A DNA stretch of 64,000 bases from Armatimonadota bacterium (GTDB lineage: Bacteria > Armatimonadota > UBA5829 > DSUL01): positions 224,001 to 288,000 of the forward strand of contig JBDHZC010000001.1 in NCBI GenBank assembly GCA_039811685.1. The letters are read 5' to 3'. The notes beneath the pieces were generated by a model that saw only the letters and a program-made list of their open reading frames with translations, was not told the origin of the DNA and searched no databases. Both the position numbers and the translations under genes were made by a program. Shown piece by piece: positions 19,247-29,951 of the stretch. Every line of letters starts with the position of its first letter. Position 1 is the first letter of the stretch.

Positions 19247-20877
19247 GGCTGCACCTCTTCGGGGAAATCATACACGCCACCAGTTATGCGCGGAATTACA
19301 TGGAAGTTTTCAAGCGGTGGAGGTGAAGCGATCGTCCACTCCAGAGTAACTCCCCCCCATGGATTCTCAGGGGCTGGGCGTCCTCTCCAAACAGAAATCA
19401 GAAGGTTGGTGAACATCGTGAGGAGTCCGGTAATCAGAACCCACGATCCGGTAGTCGCAATAAGATTCAATGTGTCGTACTGCGGCAGGTAGTCCCAGTA
19501 GCGGCGAGGCATCCCCTCCCAGCCGAGAATCAACATGCTGAAATAGAGCTGGTTGAATCCCCAGAACATAAGCAGGCAGGCAATTGTCGCCGCGCGGCGG
19601 TTGTACATCTTGCCAAACATCTTGGGCCACCAGTGATGGAGGCCGGCGAACAGCCCGAAACCTGCTCCGCCGAACATCACGTAGTGGAAGTGAGCCACCA
19701 CGAAATCTGTATCGTGCAGATGTACATCAGTGGACAGCGCACCCTGCATTAGGCCCGTGAATCCCCCTATTGCGAACAACAGAATGAAAGCCATGGCAAA
19801 AAGCATCGGTGGTGACAGGTCAACCGAGCCTTTGTACATTGTCGCGATCCAGTTAAAAACTTTGATCGCCGAGGGGATGGCTACCAGAAAAGTCAGCAGC
19901 GAAAACACCAGGTTGGCGGCGTCACTCTGCCCGCTCACAAACATGTGGTGTGCCCAAACCAGCGAGCCAAACAAGGCAATGGCAAGGCTGGACAGCGCAA
20001 CCATTTTATAGCCAAAGATCGTTTTCCTGGAGTGCGTCGCGATTACCTCTGAGATCACGCCCATCGCGGGGACAATCATAATGTAAACCGCAGGGTGGGA
20101 GTATATCCAGAAGAGATGTTGATAGAGGATAGGATCTCCGCCTTTGGCAGGGTCGAAAATGCCGACTCCTGCCACGCGCTCCAGCATCAGAAGCACAAGC
20201 GTAATGCCCAGAATTGGCGTTGCCAGCACCTGCATCCAGCTTGTCGCATACAATGACCAGACAAACAGTGGCATTTTGAACCAGCCCATGCCCGGGGCGC
20301 GCAGCTGGTGAATGGTGCAAATGAAGTTCAGGCCCGTCAGGATGGATGAGAATCCCATCACGAAGATGCCGAACGCAGCCATATTGACATTTGTCGTCGT
20401 CTTAAGGCTGTAAGGGACATACAGAGTCCAGCCCGTATCAGGCAGTCCTGCAGCCGTGAACATAGAGGCGTAGACAATAATAGCCCCTATGATATAGCAG
20501 TACCACGACATCAGATTGAGCTTGGGGAAGGCGACGTCTTTGGCCCCGATCATAATGGGAAGAAAGAAGTTGCCCAGGGATGCGGCGGCTCCCGGAATCA
20601 CAAACATAAACACCATCGTCACGCCGTGAACAGTGAAGAACGCGTTGTACACTTCTGGCCGGACGATAGTTTGTCCATGGTGGATCAGCTCAAGGCGGAT
20701 CAGGAAGCCCAGCGTCATTCCGAATAAGAAGAACGTGACCTGAGAGAACAGATACAGCAGACCTATCCGCTTGTGATCCAGCGACGTCAGCCAACTGAGA
20801 AGTCCGCGCCCCTTGCCTTTGTATTCGAGATAATTCGGCTCGGCCAGCACGCCCTCAGCAACTCTAACTGCTGCCAT
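19243..20877 (-). CDS. coxA: Heme-copper oxidase subunit I, A2 type
   Basis: DHKRIG, HGVTM, FWIYSHPAVY (YS motif of the A2 family), WAHHM, VAHFHY and GMPRRY. Confidence 0.97.
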   Translation of the reverse strand: MAAVRVAEGVLAEPNYLEYKGKGRGLLSWLTSLDHKRIGLLYLFSQVTFFLFGMTLGFLIRLELIHHGQTIVRPEVYNAFFTVHGVTMVFMFVIPGAAASLGNFFLPIMIGAKDVAFPKLNLMSWYCYIIGAIIVYASMFTAAGLPDTGWTLYVPYSLKTTTNVNMAAFGIFVMGFSSILTGLNFICTIHQLRAPGMGWFKMPLFVWSLYATSWMQVLATPILGITLVLLMLERVAGVGIFDPAKGGDPILYQHLFWIYSHPAVYIMIVPAMGVISEVIATHSRKTIFGYKMVALSSLAIALFGSLVWAHHMFVSGQSDAANLVFSLLTFLVAIPSAIKVFNWIATMYKGSVDLSPPMLFAMAFILLFAIGGFTGLMQGALSTDVHLHDTDFVVAHFHYVMFGGAGFGLFAGLHHWWPKMFGKMYNRRAATIACLLMFWGFNQLYFSMLILGWEGMPRRYWDYLPQYDTLNLIATTGSWVLITGLLTMFTNLLISVWRGRPAPENPWGGVTLEWTIASPPPLENFHVIPRITGGVYDFPEEVQP

Positions 20878-21736
20878 TATCGTCTCCTTGTTGTAGCTCC
20901 TGTTCGTACTTTGTGCGCTTTCGCCCTGAGACTGTGAGCACAGTCATCAGAATCATCGCGCCGATGAGGGTGCCGGCGCCGGCCAGTCTTGTAACCGCGA
21001 GCGTATACCGCCGCCCGGCGGGGTCATAAGAGAAGCAGTAGCGCAGTAGCTTGTTGATAGTAGGCCCGGTCTTGCCTTGCGACGCTTCAGTCAGCGCCAT
21101 CTCAAGATCAAACGGGAGGTAGTCAACGCCATACAGATAGCGAGCTATTTTGCCCTTGGGGCTGATCGCATAGATCGAGCCCGAATGCACGAAGGTGTCA
21201 CCGCTCTTCTTGTACTTGAACCCGAGCGCCTTGACCAGCTTGTCTATGTTGTCCTGAGTCCCGGTCAGAAAACGCCACGCGCTCTTTGGAAACGGCCTGG
21301 TCATCTGCCCAACGTACGTGTCCCGCTTCTTCGCCGCCAGATGAGGTGTGTCCTTGGGGTTGAAGCTGACGGTTACAACCTGAAAATCAGCTCCTGGCTT
21401 CATTGCGAACTTCGGATCGTTGAGAACGTCCACCATCCCGTTAAGCAGAGGAGTGCAAATCCCAGGACAGTCAAAATACACCAGCGCCATTACCGTCGGC
21501 CGTCCGTCAATGACCTGTCCCAAAGTGGTCGTCTGGCCAGTTTCATCCCTGAAGACCGCATCCAGCGGAAGCTGGCCGCCCAGGTGCTCGTCAATGCCGA
21601 CCGGAGGCGAGCTTTCCTCGCCTCGCGCCCACACTGATGCGCCGCCCGCGCCCAGGGCGCACAGAACGGCAGCCGCCAGCATGATAGCTTTGTTTCTAAG
21701 TTTCATTGTCGTATCGGTTCTTGCCCCCATTGTCAT
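20864..21736 (-). CDS. SCO family copper chaperone
   Basis: YFDCPGIC CxxxC motif, WRFLTG, conserved His and C-terminal TM helix. Confidence 0.9.
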   Translation of the reverse strand: MTMGARTDTTMKLRNKAIMLAAAVLCALGAGGASVWARGEESSPPVGIDEHLGGQLPLDAVFRDETGQTTTLGQVIDGRPTVMALVYFDCPGICTPLLNGMVDVLNDPKFAMKPGADFQVVTVSFNPKDTPHLAAKKRDTYVGQMTRPFPKSAWRFLTGTQDNIDKLVKALGFKYKKSGDTFVHSGSIYAISPKGKIARYLYGVDYLPFDLEMALTEASQGKTGPTINKLLRYCFSYDPAGRRYTLAVTRLAGAGTLIGAMILMTVLTVSGRKRTKYEQELQQGDDNGSS

Positions 21737-21799
21737 TGAAGAGCGAATCCATTACGGTAGGTTTACAGACGCTCGGCGTCACGTAGCTGCCGGACAGTC

Positions 21800-22975
21800 T
21801 TACTTGAGTGTCAACACCGCATCAAGCTGAGATACGTTCGGGTTCTGTCGCAGCGAATTGATCACCAGAAGCAGAAAGACGCTGCCGCACATCACCGGTA
21901 TAAAATAGGTGAAAACGTTGGTGAGTCCGGCGATGTGTGTGCGTGAAAAAGATGGAACCACGAGGACTGTGCGCTCCAGCCACATGCCCACCAGCACCAG
22001 CACAGCCACTCCCGCAAGGCGGCCAGGTGTGCGCTTCGTAACCTGGCTCTGCAGAAGAATGAAGGGCGCGGCCTGAGCGATAAGAAAGGCTGCCAGAGCC
22101 CACCACTGCCAGGGAACGTCTCTCAGGCGATGGACAATAAAGGTTATTTCCTCCGGGATGTTCCCATACCATATCTCCAGCAGATGAGCAAACAGCATGT
22201 ACACGACGAGAATGCCGAAGCCCATCAGCAAATTGCCCATGTCTGAAAACTGACGCGGGGAGAAGTACTCCTTCAGTCCCAGGGGCTCGTGCAGCCAGAA
22301 CGCGAGAACTATCAGGGCGGCCATCCCGAAGTAGAGACTCCCCACAAAGAAGTAGGCGCCAAACAGTGTGCTGGTCCACTGCGGTTCCAGCGCCATAACC
22401 ATGTCAAAGGCGATCAGGCTCCAGGACACCACAAAGGTCAGAACCACCGCAATCGCGAGTCTGTTGATAATGTTGTGAGCGCGGTCGGAGGTGTCTGACT
22501 CCAGCCTCCGGTAGGCGTTGATGAAGACCTGATTCAGAACGGCCACAAACAGCAGTGCAGCGCCGTCTCGAATAAAGTAAAACGGCTTGTTCAGCCAGAG
22601 GTACTTCAGCTGGACAGCCTCAGGCTCGTTCACCCATACCAGCCAGTAGCGCCATCCCAGCGCCAGCACAGCCCAGAGCACAATGCCAACCCAGATATAG
22701 TTGGAGCTCGCGCGCGCCAGTCTGTTGACCCCGGCGCACCACGTCGCCTGTCCGGTGCGTAGAATAGCGCACCACACAAACGCTCCCTGGGCAAGACCCG
22801 TCCAGAAGAGAAAGTTAACCAGAAGCATCCACCACATTTGCTCCCGCATGGCGCGCGAGCCAATGAAGAAACCAGCCACCGTGCCGACTACGCCGATGAT
22901 CATAAGGATGGTGGCGCGGTTCGAAATGGACTCAAAGGTATTGGTCAGACGTGTCGATGAGTCGTTGTCAGCCAC
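21800..22975 (-). CDS. actF: Alternative complex III subunit ActF (NrfD-like)
   Basis: About 10 TM helices; WLNKPF, AFDMVMALEPQWTSTLFG and IWYGNIPEE. GTG 22975 chosen as start. Confidence 0.85.
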   Translation of the reverse strand: MADNDSSTRLTNTFESISNRATILMIIGVVGTVAGFFIGSRAMREQMWWMLLVNFLFWTGLAQGAFVWCAILRTGQATWCAGVNRLARASSNYIWVGIVLWAVLALGWRYWLVWVNEPEAVQLKYLWLNKPFYFIRDGAALLFVAVLNQVFINAYRRLESDTSDRAHNIINRLAIAVVLTFVVSWSLIAFDMVMALEPQWTSTLFGAYFFVGSLYFGMAALIVLAFWLHEPLGLKEYFSPRQFSDMGNLLMGFGILVVYMLFAHLLEIWYGNIPEEITFIVHRLRDVPWQWWALAAFLIAQAAPFILLQSQVTKRTPGRLAGVAVLVLVGMWLERTVLVVPSFSRTHIAGLTNVFTYFIPVMCGSVFLLLVINSLRQNPNVSQLDAVLTLK

Positions 22976-23080
22976 TGATATTACGTAATCTCCACACGCA
23001 CGGCGCAACTTGTCGTGCGTTGTCCAGCGGGCTATGAAAGACAGACCTGCTACCCGCCCGTCACAAGTCAATAGTGTCCG

Positions 23081-23100
23081 CTTGTGAAGCTTGTCACAAG
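23081..23100. promoter_or_regulatory. Palindromic operator (Rex- or CRP/FNR-family type)
   Basis: CTTGTGAAGCTTGTCACAAG is an exact TGTGA-N6-TCACA and one mismatch from Rex TTGTGAA-N4-TTCACAA; about 105 bp upstream of actF. Confidence 0.65.
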
Positions 23101-23656
23101 CAGGCGCTCACAACACCCCTGGGGGCTGCATTCAGGCTTCCGGGATTTTGTCCATCCGAGGCCCATTGTGCTCATTGGCCGGTTGGCAAGCCAGCTCTCG
23201 CGGGATCACCACCTCCGGCCGGTGGCACGTCGGAGGATATTATGAACATCCCGTCGAGGCTTGTCAACGGATAGTGGCAGGGCTGGAAGGACTTTTTTAC
23301 CGGTACTTTTGAACATATGCGGCGAAGGGCTGTAGCTCCTGGGTACCGATGACTTCTGGTCATTGCGGGCTACCGCAGCGCTAACAACTTCGTTTGACGC
23401 GGAAATTTCCGCTAGTGCGCTTGAGTAATTGGCGTCGAGGTCGTAAAATTCAGATAGAGCTGGCGGCAGGTTTCGGGGAATTGTTGACGAGGACCAGCGT
23501 TGAAGAGTACAGAGTAATAACGGAACGTGACCGCACTCAGGGTGCGGCGCGCCATATCCCTGCAAGAATACCGGGAGGAAGCGCGTCTGTAGTGTGGCCG
23601 GGCAGTGCGCGGATGAATGGCCGCTGAACAGGCGCGAGGAAACTGGACAATTATTG

Positions 23657-25090
23657 ATGAGCAACACTTTTGAGTCCCTGGCAGAGCGCGAGTACAAGTG
23701 GGGCTTTGTCACTGACATCGAGGCAAAAACTCTTCCGAAAGGGCTGAACGAGGATATCGTGCGGCAGATCTCCGCCTTGAAGGAAGAGCCGGATTGGATG
23801 GCCGAGTGGCGTTTGAAGGCCTACCGGCACTGGGTGACAATGAGCGAACCCACCTGGCCTAACGTCAAGTACCCCCCGATAGACTACCAGGATCTGATCT
23901 ACTATTCCGCCCCGGTGCAGAAGAAGCTGAAGCAGAGCATGGATGAGGTGGATCCGGAGCTTCTAAAGACCTTTGACAAGCTGGGAATTCCGCTCGCCGA
24001 GCAAAAGCGTCTGGCGGGTGTGGCAGTAGATGCGATTTTCGACAGTGTCTCGGTTGTCACGACTTTTCGCAAACAGTTGGCGGATGCGGGCGTGGTTTTC
24101 TGTTCGTTTTCGACCGCCGTCAAGGAGTATCCTGAACTCGTCAAGAAATACCTCGGGTCCGTGGTGCCCGTTACGGACAACTACTTCGCGTCTCTGAACA
24201 GCGCCGTTTTCAGCGACGGTTCCTTCTGTTACGTCCCGAAGGGTGTAACTTGTCCAATGGAATTGTCCAGCTATTTCCGGATCAACACCGCCAAGTCCGG
24301 ACAGTTTGAACGAACGCTCATCATCGCAGAGGAAGGCGCTTCAGTCAGCTACCTTGAGGGGTGCACTGCGCCGGCCTACGACGAGAACCAGCTTCACGCG
24401 GCGGTTGTGGAATTGGTCGCTCTCGACGGCGCCGATATAAAGTACTCGACTGTCCAGAATTGGTACGCGGGGGATGACGAAGGCAAAGGTGGCATTTACA
24501 ACTTTGTGACAAAGCGCGGAAAAGCTCACACCAACGCCAGAATATCCTGGACTCAGGTGGAAACAGGCTCCGCTATTACGTGGAAGTACCCGAGCGTTCT
24601 GCTGCAGGGCGACAATTCCATCGGCGAGTTCTACTCAGTCGCGCTAACTACCGGAATGCAGCAGGCGGATACCGGTACCAAGATGATCCACATCGGGAAG
24701 AACACCCGCAGTACAATTATCTCTAAGGGAATATCGGCCAAGCGTGGCCAGAACACCTATCGCGGACAGGTGCGTGTTATGCCCAAGGCGGACGGCGCGC
24801 GCAACTACACCCAGTGTGACTCCATGCTCATTGGAGACAAATGCGGAGCGCACACATTCCCTTATATAGATGTAGCGAATAACACGTCCCGCGTTGAGCA
24901 TGAAGCGTCAACTTCCAAGATCAGTGAGGATCAGCTGTTTTACTGCAGGCAGCGGGGCCTTTCAAGCGAAGACGCCATTTCGATGGTTATCAACGGTTTC
25001 TGTCGCGACGTCTTTCGCGAGCTCCCTATGGAGTTTGCGGTCGAGGCGACGAAGCTGCTGTCGGTAAGTCTGGAAGGCAGCGTCGGTTAG
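23657..25090 (+). CDS. sufB: Fe-S cluster assembly protein SufB
   Basis: [36 protein letters not shown] and [15 protein letters not shown]. Confidence 0.98.
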   Translation: MSNTFESLAEREYKWGFVTDIEAKTLPKGLNEDIVRQISALKEEPDWMAEWRLKAYRHWVTMSEPTWPNVKYPPIDYQDLIYYSAPVQKKLKQSMDEVDPELLKTFDKLGIPLAEQKRLAGVAVDAIFDSVSVVTTFRKQLADAGVVFCSFSTAVKEYPELVKKYLGSVVPVTDNYFASLNSAVFSDGSFCYVPKGVTCPMELSSYFRINTAKSGQFERTLIIAEEGASVSYLEGCTAPAYDENQLHAAVVELVALDGADIKYSTVQNWYAGDDEGKGGIYNFVTKRGKAHTNARISWTQVETGSAITWKYPSVLLQGDNSIGEFYSVALTTGMQQADTGTKMIHIGKNTRSTIISKGISAKRGQNTYRGQVRVMPKADGARNYTQCDSMLIGDKCGAHTFPYIDVANNTSRVEHEASTSKISEDQLFYCRQRGLSSEDAISMVINGFCRDVFRELPMEFAVEATKLLSVSLEGSVG

Positions 25091-25165
25091 CGCCCGCAAC
25101 ACCTGAGACTGCCGGCTCATCCTCCAGCCTGCGCGCTTGTGCCCAGAGCTGTCAAAAAGGAGTCT

Positions 25166-25981
25166 ATGGCTGAACCACTGCTCGTAATCAGAAAACTTCA
25201 CGCCACCGTTGAAGGCAAAGAAATTCTCAAAGGGATTGATCTGACGGTCTATCCTGGTGAGGTCCACGCTATTATGGGGCCGAACGGCTCTGGCAAGAGC
25301 ACTCTCGCGCAGGTTCTGGCCGGCCATCCAGCGTTTGAAGTGACCGAGGGGCAAGTTCTGTTCAACGGACAGGACCTGCTGGAGCTGGAGCCTGAGGACC
25401 GCGCGCGCGAAGGCGTATTCCTTGCGTTTCAGTACCCGATTGAGATACCTGGTGTCACCAACTCCAGCTTTCTGCGCGCCGGGGTAAATGAGGTGCGCAA
25501 GCACCGAGGTGAGGACACTCTTGACGCCTACGACTTCAACCATTTCGTTCGGGAGAAGTCGAAGATAGTTCAGCTCGATCCATCCCTGCTGGAGCGTTCT
25601 GTGAACGAAGGCTTCTCCGGCGGTGAGAAGAAGCGCAACGAGATATTCCAGATGGCGATGCTGGAACCTCGGCTTGGCATCCTTGATGAGACAGACTCCG
25701 GACTGGACATTGACGCGCTGAGAATTGTAGCGGGTGGAGTAAATCAGCTTCGCAGTCCCGAGCGTTCGTTTGTTGTAGTCACGCACTATCAGAGGTTGCT
25801 TGACTATATCGTGCCAGACTTTGTGCACGTTCTCTACGACGGGCGCGTTGTAAAAAGCGGGCAAAAAGAGCTTGCTCTGGAGCTCGAAGACAAGGGTTAC
25901 GACTGGATCAAGGAGATGGTCGAGCCAGATGCCAAACCCAAAGATGCGGCCTCGCTGTTCAATCAGGCGCTGAAAGCTTGA
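25166..25981 (+). CDS. sufC: Fe-S cluster assembly ATPase SufC
   Basis: GPNGSGKST, FQYPIEIPGV, GFSGGEKKRNE and LDETDSGLDIDAL. Confidence 0.98.
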   Translation: MAEPLLVIRKLHATVEGKEILKGIDLTVYPGEVHAIMGPNGSGKSTLAQVLAGHPAFEVTEGQVLFNGQDLLELEPEDRAREGVFLAFQYPIEIPGVTNSSFLRAGVNEVRKHRGEDTLDAYDFNHFVREKSKIVQLDPSLLERSVNEGFSGGEKKRNEIFQMAMLEPRLGILDETDSGLDIDALRIVAGGVNQLRSPERSFVVVTHYQRLLDYIVPDFVHVLYDGRVVKSGQKELALELEDKGYDWIKEMVEPDAKPKDAASLFNQALKA

Positions 25982-27366
25982 CAGCGCAACTTGAGGAGAA
26001 ACGGGGTCAGGGTACTGTGAGCGCAGTTCAGATTGCATCAGAAACTGAAAGTTATCTGGAGAACATTCGCTCCTTCCACCAGCACATTGGGGAGACAGGT
26101 CCGTCCTGGATGCGGGAGTTGCGCGGTATCGGTTCGGCAAGCTTTGAAGAGTCCGGCTTTCCAACCGCTCGCGATGAGGAGTGGAAGTACACAAGTGTTC
26201 AGTCCATTGCGCGCGGCGAGTTTGGCGTCGGCCTCCGACCGGGGCAGCTTTCGCGCGACGAGATCAAGCGTTTTCTTTACGAGTCTTCCGGCTGGACACA
26301 TCTGGTGTTTGTTGACGGTCGGTTTTCCCCGTCGCTGTCGTCGATGCCTGTGCTCGACGGCGCAGACATTGTGAGTCTGGAAGACGGCGTTCTGGCAGGG
26401 AGGGCCGACGTTCAGAAGCATCTCGGGAAGCACGTCAAGACCAGCTTCAACGCTTTTACGGCGCTGAACGCTGCTTTCCTTCGCGATGGCGCCTACATCC
26501 GGGTGCGGCAGGGAGAAGCGATCGAAACACCGATACACCTGCTGTTTGTAGCGAGCGCTGCGCAGGCGGCGGCATACCCTCGCAACCTCATCGTCCTGGA
26601 AAAGGACGCCAGGGCCACTGTCGTTGAATCTTACGTCAGCGTAACTGAAGATGCGTATCTGGTGGACACCGTGACAGAGATTGCCCTGGAACCCGGAGCT
26701 AACCTGGATTACTACAGAGTTCAGCAGGAGGGCCTCGGCGGGCACCATATTTCGGTGGTCGGCGTTCAGCAAAGTGAAGAGAGTGTATTCAGCTCTGTAA
26801 CGGTCAACCTGGGAGCAGCCCTGGCGCGAAATGATCTGAACATCAGGCTGGAAGGTCAGCGTTGTGAATGTACGATGCTGGGGCTGAGCCTGGTGGACGG
26901 AGTGCGCCATGTGGACAACCACACTGCGCTGGACCACGCAAGTCCCAACTGCGAAAGCCATGAGCTATACAAATCTATTGTGAACGATAGAGGCCGCTCA
27001 GTATTCAATGGCAAAATCTATGTACACCCGGGCGCGCAGAAGACGGATGCGCGGCAGACCAATCGAAATCTCCTGCTGTCGAAGGACGCAACTGTTGATA
27101 CAAAGCCGCAACTGGAGATCTTCGCAGACGATGTAAAATGTACGCACGGCGCGACAGTCGGCCAGCTAGACGAGGATCAGATGTTTTATCTGCGCAGCCG
27201 TGGAATGAGTGAGGAGCGGGCCAGCCAGCTCCTGACTTACGGCTTTGCCAATGACATCGTGGAAAAGGTCAAACTGGAGGCGCTGCGGCACTATCTGCAC
27301 CAGGTGCAGATGGCGGCACTTCACCAGGACCCGGCCTTGCTCGAAGAGCTGGAAGAAAAGTCATGA
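25978..27366 (+). CDS. sufD: Fe-S cluster assembly protein SufD
   Basis: EEWKYT, FNGKIYV...AQKTDA, KPQLEIFADDVKCTHGAT and FYLRSRG. Confidence 0.97.
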   Translation: MTAQLEEKRGQGTVSAVQIASETESYLENIRSFHQHIGETGPSWMRELRGIGSASFEESGFPTARDEEWKYTSVQSIARGEFGVGLRPGQLSRDEIKRFLYESSGWTHLVFVDGRFSPSLSSMPVLDGADIVSLEDGVLAGRADVQKHLGKHVKTSFNAFTALNAAFLRDGAYIRVRQGEAIETPIHLLFVASAAQAAAYPRNLIVLEKDARATVVESYVSVTEDAYLVDTVTEIALEPGANLDYYRVQQEGLGGHHISVVGVQQSEESVFSSVTVNLGAALARNDLNIRLEGQRCECTMLGLSLVDGVRHVDNHTALDHASPNCESHELYKSIVNDRGRSVFNGKIYVHPGAQKTDARQTNRNLLLSKDATVDTKPQLEIFADDVKCTHGATVGQLDEDQMFYLRSRGMSEERASQLLTYGFANDIVEKVKLEALRHYLHQVQMAALHQDPALLEELEEKS

Positions 27367-28622
27367 TTACAAGCGCACCTGACAAGATAGCCCCGAATCT
27401 GAACGACTTCGACGTGATGCGAGTCCGGCAGGACTTTGCGATCCTGAATACGCTGGTGCGCGGGAAGCCGCTCGTTTATCTGGACAACGCGGCCACCACA
27501 CAAAAGCCGCATCAGGTGCTGTGCGCTATCAATCAATTCTACGGCTGCTGCAACTCCAACATCCACCGAGGTGTGCACTTTCTCAGTGAGAAGGCCACAG
27601 AGCAGTACGAAGAGTCACGGGCGCAGGTCAAACGGTTTTTGAACGCTGCGTCAACGACCGAGATCATTTTTGTGCGCGGCGCAACTGAGGGGATCAACCT
27701 TGTCGCCGCAAGTTATGGTCGCACTTTTCTCAAAGAGGGAGATGAGATCATTGTCTCGGCGATGGAGCACCATGCCAACATCGTCCCCTGGCAGATACTG
27801 TGTCAGCAGACAGGCGCTGTGCTGAAAGTGATCCCCATGGACGACAACGGTGACATTGTGATGGAGGAGTACGCTCAGTTGTTGAGTGAGCGCACCAGGA
27901 TCGTGTCTGTCGTCCATGTTTCCAACGTCCTGGGGACGCTTAACCCGGTGAAGCGGATCGTTCAGATGGCGCATGATGCGGGCGCTGTCACGCTGGTGGA
28001 CGCGGCGCAGTCTATCATGCATATGAATGTGGACGTTCAAGACATCGGGTGCGATTTTCTGGTATTCTCCGGACATAAGCTCTTCGGGCCGACGGGTATT
28101 GGTGTTCTATACGGCCGTGAGAGTCTGCTGGAGATGATGCCACCCTACCAGAGTGGTGGGGACATGATCAAATCGGTCACTTTTGAGAAGACTATTTACA
28201 ACGATCTGCCGTACAAGTTTGAAGCGGGAACGCCCAATATCGGGAGCACAATTGGCTTGGGCGCCGCTATCGCGTATGTCCAGTCGGTGAACCTGGACAA
28301 AGCTCAGCCACACGAAGATGCGCTCATGGCTTACGCAACCCAGCGCCTTGAAGAAATTCCAGGATTGAAAATCGTCGGCACTGCAAAAGAGAAGGCTGGG
28401 GTTATCTCCTTCGTCCTGGACTTTGCGCACCCGCACGACATCGGCACCATAATGGATAGCGAAGGCATCGCCATCCGCACGGGTCATCACTGTGCACAGC
28501 CGACGATGCAGCGCTTCGGGATTCCGGCAACGGCGAGAGCCTCTTTTGCCTTTTACAATACCCTTGAGGAAGTTGACGTGCTTGTAAGAGGTCTGGAAAA
28601 GGTGCGCGAGGTATTCGCCTGA
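27363..28622 (+). CDS. sufS: Cysteine desulfurase SufS
   Basis: YLDNAATTQKP, EHHANIVPW, FSGHK, FEAGTP and RTGHHCA. Confidence 0.98.
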   Translation: MITSAPDKIAPNLNDFDVMRVRQDFAILNTLVRGKPLVYLDNAATTQKPHQVLCAINQFYGCCNSNIHRGVHFLSEKATEQYEESRAQVKRFLNAASTTEIIFVRGATEGINLVAASYGRTFLKEGDEIIVSAMEHHANIVPWQILCQQTGAVLKVIPMDDNGDIVMEEYAQLLSERTRIVSVVHVSNVLGTLNPVKRIVQMAHDAGAVTLVDAAQSIMHMNVDVQDIGCDFLVFSGHKLFGPTGIGVLYGRESLLEMMPPYQSGGDMIKSVTFEKTIYNDLPYKFEAGTPNIGSTIGLGAAIAYVQSVNLDKAQPHEDALMAYATQRLEEIPGLKIVGTAKEKAGVISFVLDFAHPHDIGTIMDSEGIAIRTGHHCAQPTMQRFGIPATARASFAFYNTLEEVDVLVRGLEKVREVFA

Positions 28623-29071
28623 TGCCGGATATGCGGGAGCTCTATCAAGAGATCATCCTCGACCACAACAAGGCTCCCCGCAACTACCGGAAACCGGACG
28701 ATGCCAACAGAGAGGCCGAGGGGTACAACCCGCTGTGTGGAGATCATTACACGGTCTTTGCCCGGGTGGACAGCAATCAGCAGATAACCGACATTGGCTT
28801 CGAAGGGGTAGGTTGCGCCATCTCCAAGGCGGCAGCCTCCATGATGACGTCGATGGTCAAGGGCAAGAGTGTTGAGGAAGCCGAGCGCTGCTTTGAGAAC
28901 TATCGCCAGATGATCACGGGCGGCAAAGACTACGATCGCGATGCTCTGGGCAAGCTGATGGTGTTCTCTGAGGTCTGCAACTATCCCACGCGCATAAAGT
29001 GCGCAATTCTCTGCTGGCACACTCTGCACGCCGCTCTGAACAACCTGCAGGAACCCGTAACTACGGAGTAA
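28622..29071 (+). CDS. sufU: SufU sulfur-transfer/scaffold protein
   Basis: LYQEIILDH, NPLCGD, GCAISKA and RIKCA. Confidence 0.95.
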   Translation: MPDMRELYQEIILDHNKAPRNYRKPDDANREAEGYNPLCGDHYTVFARVDSNQQITDIGFEGVGCAISKAAASMMTSMVKGKSVEEAERCFENYRQMITGGKDYDRDALGKLMVFSEVCNYPTRIKCAILCWHTLHAALNNLQEPVTTE

Positions 29072-29126
29072 CTCTCTTTTCTTTGGGCTGCACAAGGCGC
29101 TTGCGACTCTTGCGATAGCGCACCTG

Positions 29127-29951
29127 TCAGCAGTACTGAAGATACCTTTCGCACATTGTGCGCAGAACGCCGTCGTAGTCTGAAGCCCAGATATCCGAGT
29201 TGAATATCTCACACTCGATAGGCCCGTCGTAGCCGGCCGCTTCCACAGCTTCGCGAATTCTGCGCAGCTCAATCACTCCGTCACCCATCATCCCCCGGCT
29301 CATAAGGATGTCGTTAGTCTCGCGCAGCCAGTCGTTGACGTGGTAGCCCCAGATGCGGCCTCGCGCGCGCTCAAGCTGACGGAAAAGCTCCGGATCCCAC
29401 CAGACGTGGTAGACGTCGACAATTACTCCTACCTGATCAGATCCGATAGCCTCCGCAATGTCGAGCGATTGGCTGAGCGTGCTTATAACGGACCGGTCTG
29501 CTGCATACATAGGATGCAAAGGTTCTATGCCCAACCTGACGCCTCGGTCGGCCGCGTAGTCCACCAGGGCCGCAATCCCGTCCTGCACGTACTGGCGGGC
29601 CTCGAGCAAACTGCAGTCTCCCAAACCGCCGCACACCAGAACCAGTGTGTCACACGACAGAGCGGCGCACTCATCAATTGCTCGCCGGTTGTCGTCAATT
29701 CTGTCCTGACGTTCAGCCGAGTTTGCTGCAGGGAACCAGCCTCCACGGCATACTCCAGAGACGCGTAAACCATTGTGTCGAAGCAGGCGCTGCGCTCGGT
29801 CCAGCCCGCACTCGGCGATTTTGTCCCTCCACAGCCCGATCCATTGCAGACCCGCCCGGAAGCAGCCCTCTGCGGCTTCGGCGAGGGTCCAGTCGTGCGT
29901 CGTATACTGGTTCAAGCTGAGGCGTGAAGTATCAGCGAACGGCTTCGACAT
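29127..29951 (-). CDS. Sugar phosphate isomerase/epimerase (xylose-isomerase-like TIM barrel)
   Basis: IEPLHPM, DVYHVWWD, HVNDW, MMGDG and ECEIF metal ligands. Confidence 0.9.
   Translation of the reverse strand: MSKPFADTSRLSLNQYTTHDWTLAEAAEGCFRAGLQWIGLWRDKIAECGLDRAQRLLRHNGLRVSGVCRGGWFPAANSAERQDRIDDNRRAIDECAALSCDTLVLVCGGLGDCSLLEARQYVQDGIAALVDYAADRGVRLGIEPLHPMYAADRSVISTLSQSLDIAEAIGSDQVGVIVDVYHVWWDPELFRQLERARGRIWGYHVNDWLRETNDILMSRGMMGDGVIELRRIREAVEAAGYDGPIECEIFNSDIWASDYDGVLRTMCERYLQYC

Noticed and set aside
24962..26961. Long minus-strand ORFs (410 and 307 aa)
   Set aside because: Antisense shadows of sufC and sufD.
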